The notes beneath the pieces were generated by a model. The model did not search any database, was not told the DNA's origin, and was given only the letters and a program-made list of their open reading frames with translations. 64,000 nucleotides of DNA from positions 13,013 to 77,012 of the forward strand of contig JBDRJY010000011.1 in the NCBI GenBank assembly GCA_043814545.1, written 5' to 3'. Each line of letters begins with the position of its first letter. Positions within the stretch are counted from its first letter, which is position 1. This stretch comes from an archaeon. Lineage in GTDB: Archaea > Nanobdellota > Nanobdellia > SCGC-AAA011-G17 > GW2011-AR17. The position numbers and the translations under genes are program-made. Below are positions 39,573 through 48,677 of the stretch, one piece after another.

Positions 39573-40895
39573 CTATTTTCCAATATCACTTAACTTCTTA
39601 GAACTAATACGTGGTTTCAAACGTTTCCATAAAAAGTAAAATGTTATTATCAAAACTATCAGTAATATTATTCCAATAATTCTATTACGAGTAACATTCT
39701 CTTCATCTTCACTATCTTCTTCGCCAGTATCTAATTCAGAGTAATTGAAAGGTAATTCTAACGTTGTTTCTTCAGCATCAGTGGATTCAGTTACCTCAAA
39801 ATATAATGTAATTGAATCGGAAGGGCCTTCGTCTGACATCACACTTAAAGTGCCAAAATATAATTCAGCATCAGCATCAAAATTATCATTTACAATTAAG
39901 TCAAATTCACGTAACTCGTTAGAATCTAAAACTCCTATTGTCATCGGTGAAACTGTTAACACTTCTGCCAAATTACCGCCAAAAACAACCTGAACATTAG
40001 TCAAGCTATAATTATATTCGTTGTAAATAGGGACAGTTGCCGTCAACCGTTGTTTTTGTGTCAAAGTTGTTTCCAAAGAATCTTCGTCTATCATCAGTTT
40101 TAGTTCAAATTCAATAGCGGGTATAGATGGTTCTTCCATAGGACATTCTTCTTCAGGAAATTCTAAACAATCCCATTGATTCTCAGAACAAACGCAACGT
40201 TCAACCTCTGTACCGTCGTCACATTCGTACATTAAACTTTCATTTACAACACAGATTATTTCTTCTTCAGGTTCTTCAGGTATAGAAAAGAAAAAAGGGA
40301 CATAATACGTGTTGTTAACCATAGACAAAGTTAAAAACTTTTTTTCAGTTATACCCTCCTCAATATTAACAGTTAATTTACGCAAAGAAGAAGGTTCAAT
40401 TGTTAAACTTGTTCTTACAGGATTTAAACCGTCATCAGATGTGATAAAAATATCCGACGTTTCGTCGCCCCAGTTGAAAACAGTTAAATCTACTTTATCC
40501 AAATCTTCAATAAAAAATCCGCCAGGTTTTAATGTTAAATATTCAATCGTAGTATTATGATAAGTTAAACTAAACTCAATAGATTCGTTTTCCTCCTCGC
40601 CATCTTTCAAACCAGATACAAAAACTGAATATGATCCGGACGCAAGGTGGTTAGGTATATTAAAATATACAAAATAACTTTCTTCAGGCAAAGTTAAAAG
40701 AATTTTTCCAATTTCCACTTCCACGCCCTGCCAATTATACATAATAATATCAGAAACATCTACAGATTCATATTCAGTTATCTCTAACTGGAAAGTTTCG
40801 CCAACATAATAATCAGTCTTATAATGTTCTAAGTCAGCAAAAACCAGTGGAACTAAAAGTAAAATAAAAAATAAAAGGGTAAACAGTTTCATCAA
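39573..40895 (-). CDS. acidic secreted, membrane-anchored surface protein
   Basis: Signal peptide, Ig-like segments, Cys-rich insert, C-terminal TM with basic tail. Confidence 0.75.
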   Translation of the reverse strand: MMKLFTLLFFILLLVPLVFADLEHYKTDYYVGETFQLEITEYESVDVSDIIMYNWQGVEVEIGKILLTLPEESYFVYFNIPNHLASGSYSVFVSGLKDGEEENESIEFSLTYHNTTIEYLTLKPGGFFIEDLDKVDLTVFNWGDETSDIFITSDDGLNPVRTSLTIEPSSLRKLTVNIEEGITEKKFLTLSMVNNTYYVPFFFSIPEEPEEEIICVVNESLMYECDDGTEVERCVCSENQWDCLEFPEEECPMEEPSIPAIEFELKLMIDEDSLETTLTQKQRLTATVPIYNEYNYSLTNVQVVFGGNLAEVLTVSPMTIGVLDSNELREFDLIVNDNFDADAELYFGTLSVMSDEGPSDSITLYFEVTESTDAEETTLELPFNYSELDTGEEDSEDEENVTRNRIIGIILLIVLIITFYFLWKRLKPRISSKKLSDIGK

Positions 40896-40902
40896 ATGTC
40901 TC

Positions 40903-42834
40903 CTATTTTTTGCCTAAAAGTTTTTTAGCTTCGCCAATAGACTTGTCAAGCTGTTTATCTAAATCGGATCTATCTCTCGTAATAGGTCTTGCAGGAGCCT
41001 GGTATGTTGGCTGTTTTGCTGCAGGCTTTTTACTGCCTAACTTACTAGTGTAAGGTGTGTAAGCAGATTTTGTACTGTTACCTGTTTGAGGTTTACCGCC
41101 TGAAAACTTTGCAATAACTGCGTCCAAATATCCTTGACTATATGCAACGTATCCTGCTGCACCAAACAAACCTACCAAAATTAAAATCAACAAAATCCAT
41201 AACCAAGAATTGCTACCTTCTTCCTTAGGTCCAGGTTCAGTAGAATCTTTAATGTCATCTTCGTCAATGTAACAACGGTCAGCTGCGCAATCTTCATTTT
41301 TTTGACAATAACCGTCGCCACAATATAAGTTACAGTCAGCTAAACAATTGCTTCCGTCTTCACCGTTAGCAACATCACAAGTGCCGTCAACAATACAACA
41401 GTCTACCAAGCATGAACCGCCACAGTCAGTACCTTCCTCGTTACCATCTTTAATACCATTATAACAACTTACTTTTTCTTCACAATCAGAAGGACAATTA
41501 TCTACATCTTCTCCCTGTAACTCATCACAAACACCGTCTTCATCGCAAATGATTATGTCACCTAGACCTGAACAATAATCGCTAGTGTCAATATCTTCTT
41601 CGCCTTCATCCTGGATACCATTAGAACAACAAGCGTCAATCTCTTCACAAACACCACCACAGTCAACGCCTCTCTCATCTTGGTTCTGTGCACCGTCGTA
41701 ACATGAACCAGGCACAACATATTCAGTGTCAAAGGCCGAGTAAAGAACAATCGCAGTTGTTAACACGTCTTCGTTCCAGCTACCGTCAGGGTTTTGCTGT
41801 TCTTCTAACCAAGCTATAGCGTCAGAAACTTCTATGTTATATTCTGTGTTTTTCAAAGCTAAAACTGCAAAAGCTGTATCTTCAATGTCACGCTCAAAAC
41901 TGCCGTCGCTACGTTGGCGTTCTAAAAGGTTGTTAGCATAAAGATCATCGCCTGTAAACATATACAAAAACGCATTATCCATAATAGATGTTGTGTCAAT
42001 GTTTTCTTTCAAATAAATTAAAGTGTTATATTCGCTTAAAATTTTTGACAAAGCCCAGTTTGCGTAAAAGCTAGATTCCTTGTTACAAGTGTCGCCTGCC
42101 CCTCTACCAAAACATCCTGTGTTAAGCAAAAAATCGTGCACTGTACCGTAAACACTTTCAATAATGTAATACGAATTGCTAGACCTGTACAAATGTGTTA
42201 ACATTACATCACCTGACAAGTCTGCACAGTCTATGCTTAAATCTAATGAAGGGTTGTTGGTTACCAAATTTGTAACTAAACATTCTTTTAAGTCAAAAAA
42301 TGTTGAACCACCACAGTCAGGGAACTCGCCCGCTTCAACTGAAACTTCAACTTCGCTTGTCTGGTTATTCAATTCATATGAAAAAATGCAAGTTGCATTA
42401 TCAGAGGTAGATATTTCTAGTAACCATTCGCCAGAAACTGTTGCATCGTTCTGTGCGTCTTTAAGCCAAGCTTCAATATCTTCAGTGTAAGTATCATCGT
42501 TTAAAGATTCTAAAGCCATCATTGCTAACACAGTGTCTTTAACTTCACAGTCAGCTGACGGGAAACAGGTTTGTGTTTCAGACATTTCTGTCAAGATCCA
42601 TTCAACTGATGATTCAGCGTTAGCAGAATATCCTACAGCTTCCAAGGCCAAAGTAGCCCAAGCCGTAGTAAATACGTCGTCCTCGTAATTACCTTCAATG
42701 GATTTTGATGCAAGCCAGTCATAAGATAACTGTACGTTAAAATCAGTTTCATCAAGATCTTCAGCTGCAATGCTAACTGTTCCAAAAATTAAAGTAAAAA
42801 CGAGTAAAATTCCTATTATCACATTCTTTTTCAT
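40903..42834 (-). CDS. surface protein with prenyltransferase/squalene-cyclase-like repeats, Cys-rich repeats and TM anchor
   Basis: Q..DGS(F/W)...TA..VLAL repeats; C.DG.QN.DE.GVDCGG repeats; C-terminal TM. Confidence 0.8.
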   Translation of the reverse strand: MKKNVIIGILLVFTLIFGTVSIAAEDLDETDFNVQLSYDWLASKSIEGNYEDDVFTTAWATLALEAVGYSANAESSVEWILTEMSETQTCFPSADCEVKDTVLAMMALESLNDDTYTEDIEAWLKDAQNDATVSGEWLLEISTSDNATCIFSYELNNQTSEVEVSVEAGEFPDCGGSTFFDLKECLVTNLVTNNPSLDLSIDCADLSGDVMLTHLYRSSNSYYIIESVYGTVHDFLLNTGCFGRGAGDTCNKESSFYANWALSKILSEYNTLIYLKENIDTTSIMDNAFLYMFTGDDLYANNLLERQRSDGSFERDIEDTAFAVLALKNTEYNIEVSDAIAWLEEQQNPDGSWNEDVLTTAIVLYSAFDTEYVVPGSCYDGAQNQDERGVDCGGVCEEIDACCSNGIQDEGEEDIDTSDYCSGLGDIIICDEDGVCDELQGEDVDNCPSDCEEKVSCYNGIKDGNEEGTDCGGSCLVDCCIVDGTCDVANGEDGSNCLADCNLYCGDGYCQKNEDCAADRCYIDEDDIKDSTEPGPKEEGSNSWLWILLILILVGLFGAAGYVAYSQGYLDAVIAKFSGGKPQTGNSTKSAYTPYTSKLGSKKPAAKQPTYQAPARPITRDRSDLDKQLDKSIGEAKKLLGKK

Positions 42835-42911
42835 ATGTAACCTACCTCTATTTAGATTAATTAATAAAAGGGGGCAAAGAATTTAAAAACTTTTCTATCT
42901 CTTTATATATA

Positions 42912-43499
42912 ATGTTTGATAAAATTCCTTTCGCCCGCGGGCATCGTTCTATGGTTTATTTGATTAATAAACATGGGAAAACCTTTATTTTAAAAGAGGA
43001 AAGGAAAGATATTCAAGCTTTTAACCGTATAAAGAACGAAATTAACTGGCTTAAAATTTTGAATAAAAAAGGTATTGGGCCAAAATTTATTGAAGAAGGT
43101 GCTAACTCTTTCATTTGTGAATATATTAACGGAGATAGAATCATACCATGGACTGAGAAAAATTCTAAGGTTAAAATTAAAAACATGCTAACAAATGTTC
43201 TGAACCAGTGCCGAGAATTAGATTTGCTTAAAGTGAACAAACTTGAAATGAACTATCCGTACAAACATATCATGGTTGATAAAAAACCCGTCATGATAGA
43301 TTTTGAACGTATGAAGAAAACTCCAACGCCCAAAAATGTCACACAATTTTGCCAGTTTATTATTTCTAATAAGTATTATCGAATCTTGGAACAGAAAAAG
43401 TTTAGTTTTGAACCTGAAGAACTAATTAATTTAGCTAGAGATTATAAAAAAGATTATTCGAAAAAAAAGTTTGACAAAATAATTAATTATTTGAAATGA
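42912..43499 (+). CDS. archaeal Ser/Thr kinase-like protein (Bud32/RIO-like)
   Basis: GHRSMVY, NE..WL, EYING and IDFE motifs; catalytic loop divergent. Confidence 0.7.
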   Translation: MFDKIPFARGHRSMVYLINKHGKTFILKEERKDIQAFNRIKNEINWLKILNKKGIGPKFIEEGANSFICEYINGDRIIPWTEKNSKVKIKNMLTNVLNQCRELDLLKVNKLEMNYPYKHIMVDKKPVMIDFERMKKTPTPKNVTQFCQFIISNKYYRILEQKKFSFEPEELINLARDYKKDYSKKKFDKIINYLK

Positions 43500-44677
43500 A
43501 CCAAGATCTTTTTAAGTTCTCTTACAAACTTCATACACTCATCTTCAGTGTTATAAAAATATAAAGATGCTCTTGCTGAACCTTTAATTTTATGTTTGTT
43601 AAACCAAGAATGTACACAATGTGCTCCTGACCGGATTAAAATTTTTCTTGTAGTGTCAAGCATGATAGATATTTCGTGCGGGTCCATGCCATCTACTGTA
43701 AAATTAAAAATTCCTGCTCTTAGTTTAGGGTCCAATGGTCCAATAATGTTAACATGATCTTTTAGTTCGTCAGTTAAAATAGTGTTAAGTTTTGTTTCTT
43801 GTTTTTCAACTTTAACAATTATTTTTTTTAAGTATTGTGAAGCTTCGCCAAAACCTAAGATACCTGCGTAATGTTGTAACCCTGCTTCAAACTTCATTGG
43901 AGATTCTTCGTATGTATGGGTTGTGTAAGTCGAGTCTACAACTGTTTCTCCACCTACAATAAACGGTTTTAATTGATTTGGTTCTTTTGCGTAAAGTAAA
44001 CCCATTCCTGTTGGTCCTAGCATTTTATGACCTGAACATGCGAAAAAGTCTGCGTCTAATGATTTTAAGTTAACTTCCTTATGTGGTGCTGACTGTGCGC
44101 CATCTAGTAAAACTTTTGCACCTGCCTTGTGTGCTATTTTTATTATTTTTTTTGCAGGTATTGTTACACCATCTAAATTTGAAGTGTGTCCTAATGCTAC
44201 TAGTTTTATCCCTTCAACTTTTTCTTTGAATAAGTCCAAGTTAAAAGTGTTATCATCGTTTGAGTTTAATATGACTAAGTTTTGTTTTTGCCAAGGTATT
44301 AAGTTAGAATTATGTTCTTTATCTGAAATTAAAACTTTATCTTCAGGTTTTAAGCCAAAAGAATTTGCTACAAGGTTAATACTTTCAGTCGTGTTTTTAG
44401 TGAAAATTATTTGGTTGTCTGACTTTGCGTTAAAATATTTTCTTAAATTATTTCTTGCTTTATGAACTTCGTCGTTCAATTTTGTTGACAAATGGTGCGA
44501 GCTTCTTCCTGCACAAGAAGGATAGTTTCTGTAATATTCCATAACTTTATTTATCACCTGGTTAGGTTTCAAACTCATGCAAGCATTATCAAAATATATA
44601 ATTCCTGTATCAAGAATTGGAAAATCTTCACGGTTCACTACAATCACATTCCGTTGTACATTCTTCAGGTGTTTCAC
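43487..44677 (-). CDS. sufS: cysteine desulfurase (SufS/CsdA-like); true start probably near VNREDFP
   Basis: REDFP, YFDNA, EHNSN, DGAQ, SGHKMLGPTG and RSGAHC motifs. Confidence 0.9.
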   Translation of the reverse strand: MKHLKNVQRNVIVVNREDFPILDTGIIYFDNACMSLKPNQVINKVMEYYRNYPSCAGRSSHHLSTKLNDEVHKARNNLRKYFNAKSDNQIIFTKNTTESINLVANSFGLKPEDKVLISDKEHNSNLIPWQKQNLVILNSNDDNTFNLDLFKEKVEGIKLVALGHTSNLDGVTIPAKKIIKIAHKAGAKVLLDGAQSAPHKEVNLKSLDADFFACSGHKMLGPTGMGLLYAKEPNQLKPFIVGGETVVDSTYTTHTYEESPMKFEAGLQHYAGILGFGEASQYLKKIIVKVEKQETKLNTILTDELKDHVNIIGPLDPKLRAGIFNFTVDGMDPHEISIMLDTTRKILIRSGAHCVHSWFNKHKIKGSARASLYFYNTEDECMKFVRELKKILVHFK

Positions 44678-45080
44678 AACCGCATTCTTCTATACATTTT
44701 TCAGTTAAACAAGTATCATCATCTACTTTCCAATTCGGTAAAGGACAAACTAAATCCGAGTCTTCACCATAACAATTACCATACCTCGCATAGTTGTATA
44801 ATCCAGGTGCAGATGCAATTATTGATCCGATCATTAAAATTACAAAGATCCAAGAAATGATTTCAAAATGTTTGTAAGTGAACCTTGAAGCTCTTGGAGA
44901 ATGTTTAAGAAGTTTAGCTGAAAGATATGTTCTTAATCGTAAATCTAGCTTAGATTGACATTTCCGCAACGTCATTGTCCGGAAAACGCATTCGAACGCT
45001 TCCTTAGCCAACCGCCTATACTTTAATGAGAATAAACCCATTACTAACAATACTGGCAAAGCTATATAACATAAAACCAT
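44628..45080 (-). CDS. hypothetical membrane protein with Cys-rich C-terminus
   Basis: Two TM segments; EAFECVFR..TLRKC. Confidence 0.7.
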   Translation of the reverse strand: MVLCYIALPVLLVMGLFSLKYRRLAKEAFECVFRTMTLRKCQSKLDLRLRTYLSAKLLKHSPRASRFTYKHFEIISWIFVILMIGSIIASAPGLYNYARYGNCYGEDSDLVCPLPNWKVDDDTCLTEKCIEECGCETPEECTTECDCSEP

Positions 45081-45121
45081 AAAGAATTTTCAGGATTACT
45101 TATTTATATGTTTTATGCTAA

Positions 45122-45514
45122 TTAAGACCGGGCAGCTGCTTCTAAGTATCTTTGCAAAGTTTCCATCAAGCAAGAGTATTCTTCATTAGGCATATCTGGT
45201 TTAGTTAATAACCTGCTTAATCTGTCTCGAGCCAAACGCATGTTTCTTACCCTTTCTTCTAACCTTAAATCCCTAAACTCAGCTCCTACAATATAATTTC
45301 CTAAAGTACTAAGTCTTTCATAAGCTGTACCTTCTTTACCTTCCGGCACTTTACAAAGGTATTTAGTACCTTTCTGTTGTACAAGTTCGTAACCCCAAGG
45401 ACTTAAAAGATCTTGAAGAAACTCAGGTTTGTCTGCATATTCTCTACGCGGAGTTATTAAAATTTCTCCTGGCGCATGTCTCGGTTCGTATTCATCTCTC
45501 ATTTTTTTCTCCAT
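45122..45514 (-). CDS. hypothetical protein
   Basis: 130-aa ORF; PGEILI...KVPEGKE resembles a protease-propeptide-like fold (weak). Confidence 0.6.
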   Translation of the reverse strand: MEKKMRDEYEPRHAPGEILITPRREYADKPEFLQDLLSPWGYELVQQKGTKYLCKVPEGKEGTAYERLSTLGNYIVGAEFRDLRLEERVRNMRLARDRLSRLLTKPDMPNEEYSCLMETLQRYLEAAARS

Positions 45515-45680
45515 TTTGATATTTTATTAAAAAACGTAAATCATCTTTTTTTTCTTCATCTAGAATCATTAAAAATTCTTCAGATTTTTCTTCTTCATAT
45601 AATCGAGAAGGTTGTTGTGCCTGATATTCTACCATAAACCTTACAAATCTCTTATCATCTTCATTCATTTTATACCTCAT
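45492..45680 (-). CDS. small hypothetical protein
   Basis: 62-aa ORF overlapping both neighbours; internal DD.RF...(M/I).(E/K)YQ duplication. Confidence 0.5.
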   Translation of the reverse strand: MRYKMNEDDKRFVRFMVEYQAQQPSRLYEEEKSEEFLMILDEEKKDDLRFLIKYQNGEKNER

Positions 45681-46693
45681 AATAATTTTATTAAATTGCC
45701 AAACATTGTCTGGTAAGCTTCACAAGGTGTCCAACATTGTGTACACTTGCCTTTATGAATATCATTTCTGATTTTTTTAGATTCTTTCCAAATCTGTTTC
45801 AAAGATTTTTCCCTAATGTTACCTAATCTCAAATTATACATGCTACAAGGATAAACATCTCCCTTCGCGTCAAGGAAAACTGAAGCGTTTAACGCCTGGC
45901 AAGGCATAGGTGTTTTATCTGTAGCAAAATATGTTTTTACGTTTTGTAAATATTTGTGTTCTAAAAACATTATTGGATTTAAGTAAGCTGAACCTTTTCT
46001 TTTAGCAAATCTCTTTAACTCTCTTAATACTTCGGCCTTAGGAAAATTATCTTCACTGTTACCATAATAATGTTCAGAAGTATGGTAAATGTTAATATGC
46101 AAATCTTTGTATTTAAAATTCGGTATCCGTTTTTTAACTGCTGCAAAAGTTTCATCAATCTGATTATAATTTTGCGTTGACAAAGTCATTCCTAAGAAAG
46201 TTTCAACACCGGGAATGCGTTTTATCCTTTGATAAGTTTCCAATGCTTTATCGAAGCCTTCAACACCACGAATTTGTTTGTATAATTTTGGCGGACCGTC
46301 TAAACTAACACTAATAACAAACTTTTTTGGTTTTAATCTAGCAATTTGTGCAATACGTTTAACTATCAAATTTGGTAATAAACCGTTAGTAGGAAGATGA
46401 AACATGTAAAGATTTTTACAATTTTTAATTATAGCTTTTGACACTTCAACAATGTCAGGTCTTAAAAAAGGTTCTCCCCCTGAAATGTCTATCCAAACAA
46501 ACTGGTTGTTTTGCTTAAAAAAATGCTGGATTTCTCTCAAGGTTAATTCGTTTTTCGGTTTCTTTTTCCAAATGTTACAAGTTGTACACCGCGAATTACA
46601 TAAATCTGTTACTGGGAATGTTAATTTGTAAGGCAGATTTAACCTTTTCACATTTGATAATAAAATGTTTGACGCTAAAACAAATTCTTTCAT
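45677..46693 (-). CDS. radical SAM / SPASM protein
   Basis: CNSRCTTC, SGGEP, G.VYPC and C..CWTPC motifs. Confidence 0.92.
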   Translation of the reverse strand: MKEFVLASNILLSNVKRLNLPYKLTFPVTDLCNSRCTTCNIWKKKPKNELTLREIQHFFKQNNQFVWIDISGGEPFLRPDIVEVSKAIIKNCKNLYMFHLPTNGLLPNLIVKRIAQIARLKPKKFVISVSLDGPPKLYKQIRGVEGFDKALETYQRIKRIPGVETFLGMTLSTQNYNQIDETFAAVKKRIPNFKYKDLHINIYHTSEHYYGNSEDNFPKAEVLRELKRFAKRKGSAYLNPIMFLEHKYLQNVKTYFATDKTPMPCQALNASVFLDAKGDVYPCSMYNLRLGNIREKSLKQIWKESKKIRNDIHKGKCTQCWTPCEAYQTMFGNLIKLL

Positions 46694-47568
46694 GATAAAG
46701 TCTCCCTTAAACCATCTTCAAATCGAGTTAACTTAATTTCAAAATTATTTTTTAAACTTTTAATACTTCCAGACTTATGCTGGTTCATACTATAAACTTG
46801 TTCTAAGGAAACTGGCGGTTTGTTCATTAACTTTGAAAGAATTTTTGCTATTGAAATAATCAAAAGATAAGGTACATGTATTTTTCTTTTCTTAATATTC
46901 AATTCCTTACAAATCCTGTTAATATAACCGTTGAATGAAAAACAGTCCGGTCCGCCTGCAAAATAAATTCCTTTCTTAACCTTTTTCATAGTTGCAATTA
47001 CAATTATTTTTGCCAAATCTTCAACATAAATTGGCTGCATCTCAGCATAACCATCACCCAAAATAGGAATAACGGGTAAAGATTTAATTAAACTGATTGT
47101 TTTTGATAAACCTCTGTCACCTTTACCATAAATTAGTTCTGGACGAAAAATAACATAATCTAAATTGGATAAAGCAACAACCTTTTCAGCAATTTGTTTA
47201 GATTTACCATAAAAACTTTTTTGGCGTAACGTTGCGTTTACAGAACTAATAAAGATTATTTTTTTTACACCAGCATTCTTACACGCATTAACAACATTTT
47301 TTGTGCCTAAAACATTTACAACATAATTAGTTTTTTTGTCAATAGCAGTTGTTGCTGCAGCCAAATGTACAACAACGTCCATCCCTTTAACAGCCTTAGT
47401 TATTTTATTAAAATCAGTCAAATCACCTTCAATATAATGTACTCCTTTTTCACTTAATCTTGCATTAACTCTTTTATCAAAACCGTAAACAGTAACGCCA
47501 AGTTTTAACAAAATATCAGCAACATTACGTCCTAAAAATCCCGATGGTCCCGTTATAAGTACTTTCAT
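46690..47568 (-). CDS. NAD-dependent epimerase/dehydratase (extended SDR)
   Basis: TGPSGFLG, HLAA and YGKSK motifs. Confidence 0.9.
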   Translation of the reverse strand: MKVLITGPSGFLGRNVADILLKLGVTVYGFDKRVNARLSEKGVHYIEGDLTDFNKITKAVKGMDVVVHLAAATTAIDKKTNYVVNVLGTKNVVNACKNAGVKKIIFISSVNATLRQKSFYGKSKQIAEKVVALSNLDYVIFRPELIYGKGDRGLSKTISLIKSLPVIPILGDGYAEMQPIYVEDLAKIIVIATMKKVKKGIYFAGGPDCFSFNGYINRICKELNIKKRKIHVPYLLIISIAKILSKLMNKPPVSLEQVYSMNQHKSGSIKSLKNNFEIKLTRFEDGLRETLS

Positions 47569-48677
47569 TTTATTGTCCTAAAGTTAAACAATAAGTTAGT
47601 TTCAGTTTGATTATTCCAGTAACATTGCCGACAGTTCTTCATATTTTTCCTTCGACAATTAAAATGATTCGATTCCCAATATTTCCTTAACGGTATATCC
47701 CTTACATTTGCAAAAACTTTTTTACCTTCCATAAATGGAAAGCAAGGATATATCTCGCCAAAAGCGCCTACAACCAACGTAACATAACCTGCATAACATT
47801 TTATTGGTAAAGGTTCGCCTCTGAAACAATGTTTAAACAGTTTCAAATATTCTTCAGAAGTGTCAATAAACTTAGTTTTTCTTCTTAACTGGATTAATTT
47901 ATCTACTAATACATCTAATTTATGTAATTGTTCTTTAGTAACTTTAAGATCTTGCATGGTTGCAACGTTGTTTGTTAACTCGCCAATGTCGTGGAAAGGT
48001 ATAAAGCTAATATAATCAACACCTTTCTGTTTAGCAATCTTTACAATGTCTAATACTTCATCAATGTTATATTTGTTAACGCTACAAGTTACAACTATCG
48101 TGAAATGTTTATATTTTTTAGTTATACGTTTAAGATGTACAAAGTTGTCTATACCTCTCATGACCATATCAAAACTTCCTTTAACACCCCTAACTTTATC
48201 ATGGGTCTTTGAAGTTGAACCATCTAACGAAAATGCTATCGCGTCTAAACCAGCATCAAGAATCTTTTTTGCGTTATCTTTCGTCATATTAAAACCATTA
48301 GATGACATGTGCGCAATCAAACCTACCTCTTTTGTGTAACGGATAATTTCTAACATATCGGACCTTATGAAAGGTTCGCCGCCAGTTAAACCAATACCTA
48401 TCGTGCCAATCTTAGCATAATCGTCCAAAACTTTTTTTATTTCATCCGTCGTCAATTGTTTATTCTTAGTCTTAACACGTTCAACCAAATCACACATCTG
48501 ACATCTTAAATTACAAGCATAAGTTACAACGATACAACCATTCATTGGGCCTACCAATGGTTTTCCTATCATACGACCTAAAATCGTGCCAAAATATTGG
48601 TAAGCTACCTTCGGTACTATTCCTATGTTGCCTTTCCTTATTTGATCGTAAAAAAACTTCTTATACTCGTCTCTCAT
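47565..48677 (-). CDS. radical SAM / SPASM protein
   Basis: CNLRCQMC, TGGEP, CYAG...GEIYPC and CRQC motifs. Confidence 0.92.
   Translation of the reverse strand: MRDEYKKFFYDQIRKGNIGIVPKVAYQYFGTILGRMIGKPLVGPMNGCIVVTYACNLRCQMCDLVERVKTKNKQLTTDEIKKVLDDYAKIGTIGIGLTGGEPFIRSDMLEIIRYTKEVGLIAHMSSNGFNMTKDNAKKILDAGLDAIAFSLDGSTSKTHDKVRGVKGSFDMVMRGIDNFVHLKRITKKYKHFTIVVTCSVNKYNIDEVLDIVKIAKQKGVDYISFIPFHDIGELTNNVATMQDLKVTKEQLHKLDVLVDKLIQLRRKTKFIDTSEEYLKLFKHCFRGEPLPIKCYAGYVTLVVGAFGEIYPCFPFMEGKKVFANVRDIPLRKYWESNHFNCRRKNMKNCRQCYWNNQTETNLLFNFRTIK

Noticed and set aside
46690-47568. Calling the SDR HldD (ADP-heptose 6-epimerase)
   Set aside because: Only generic extended-SDR motifs are visible; the specific family cannot be assigned by eye
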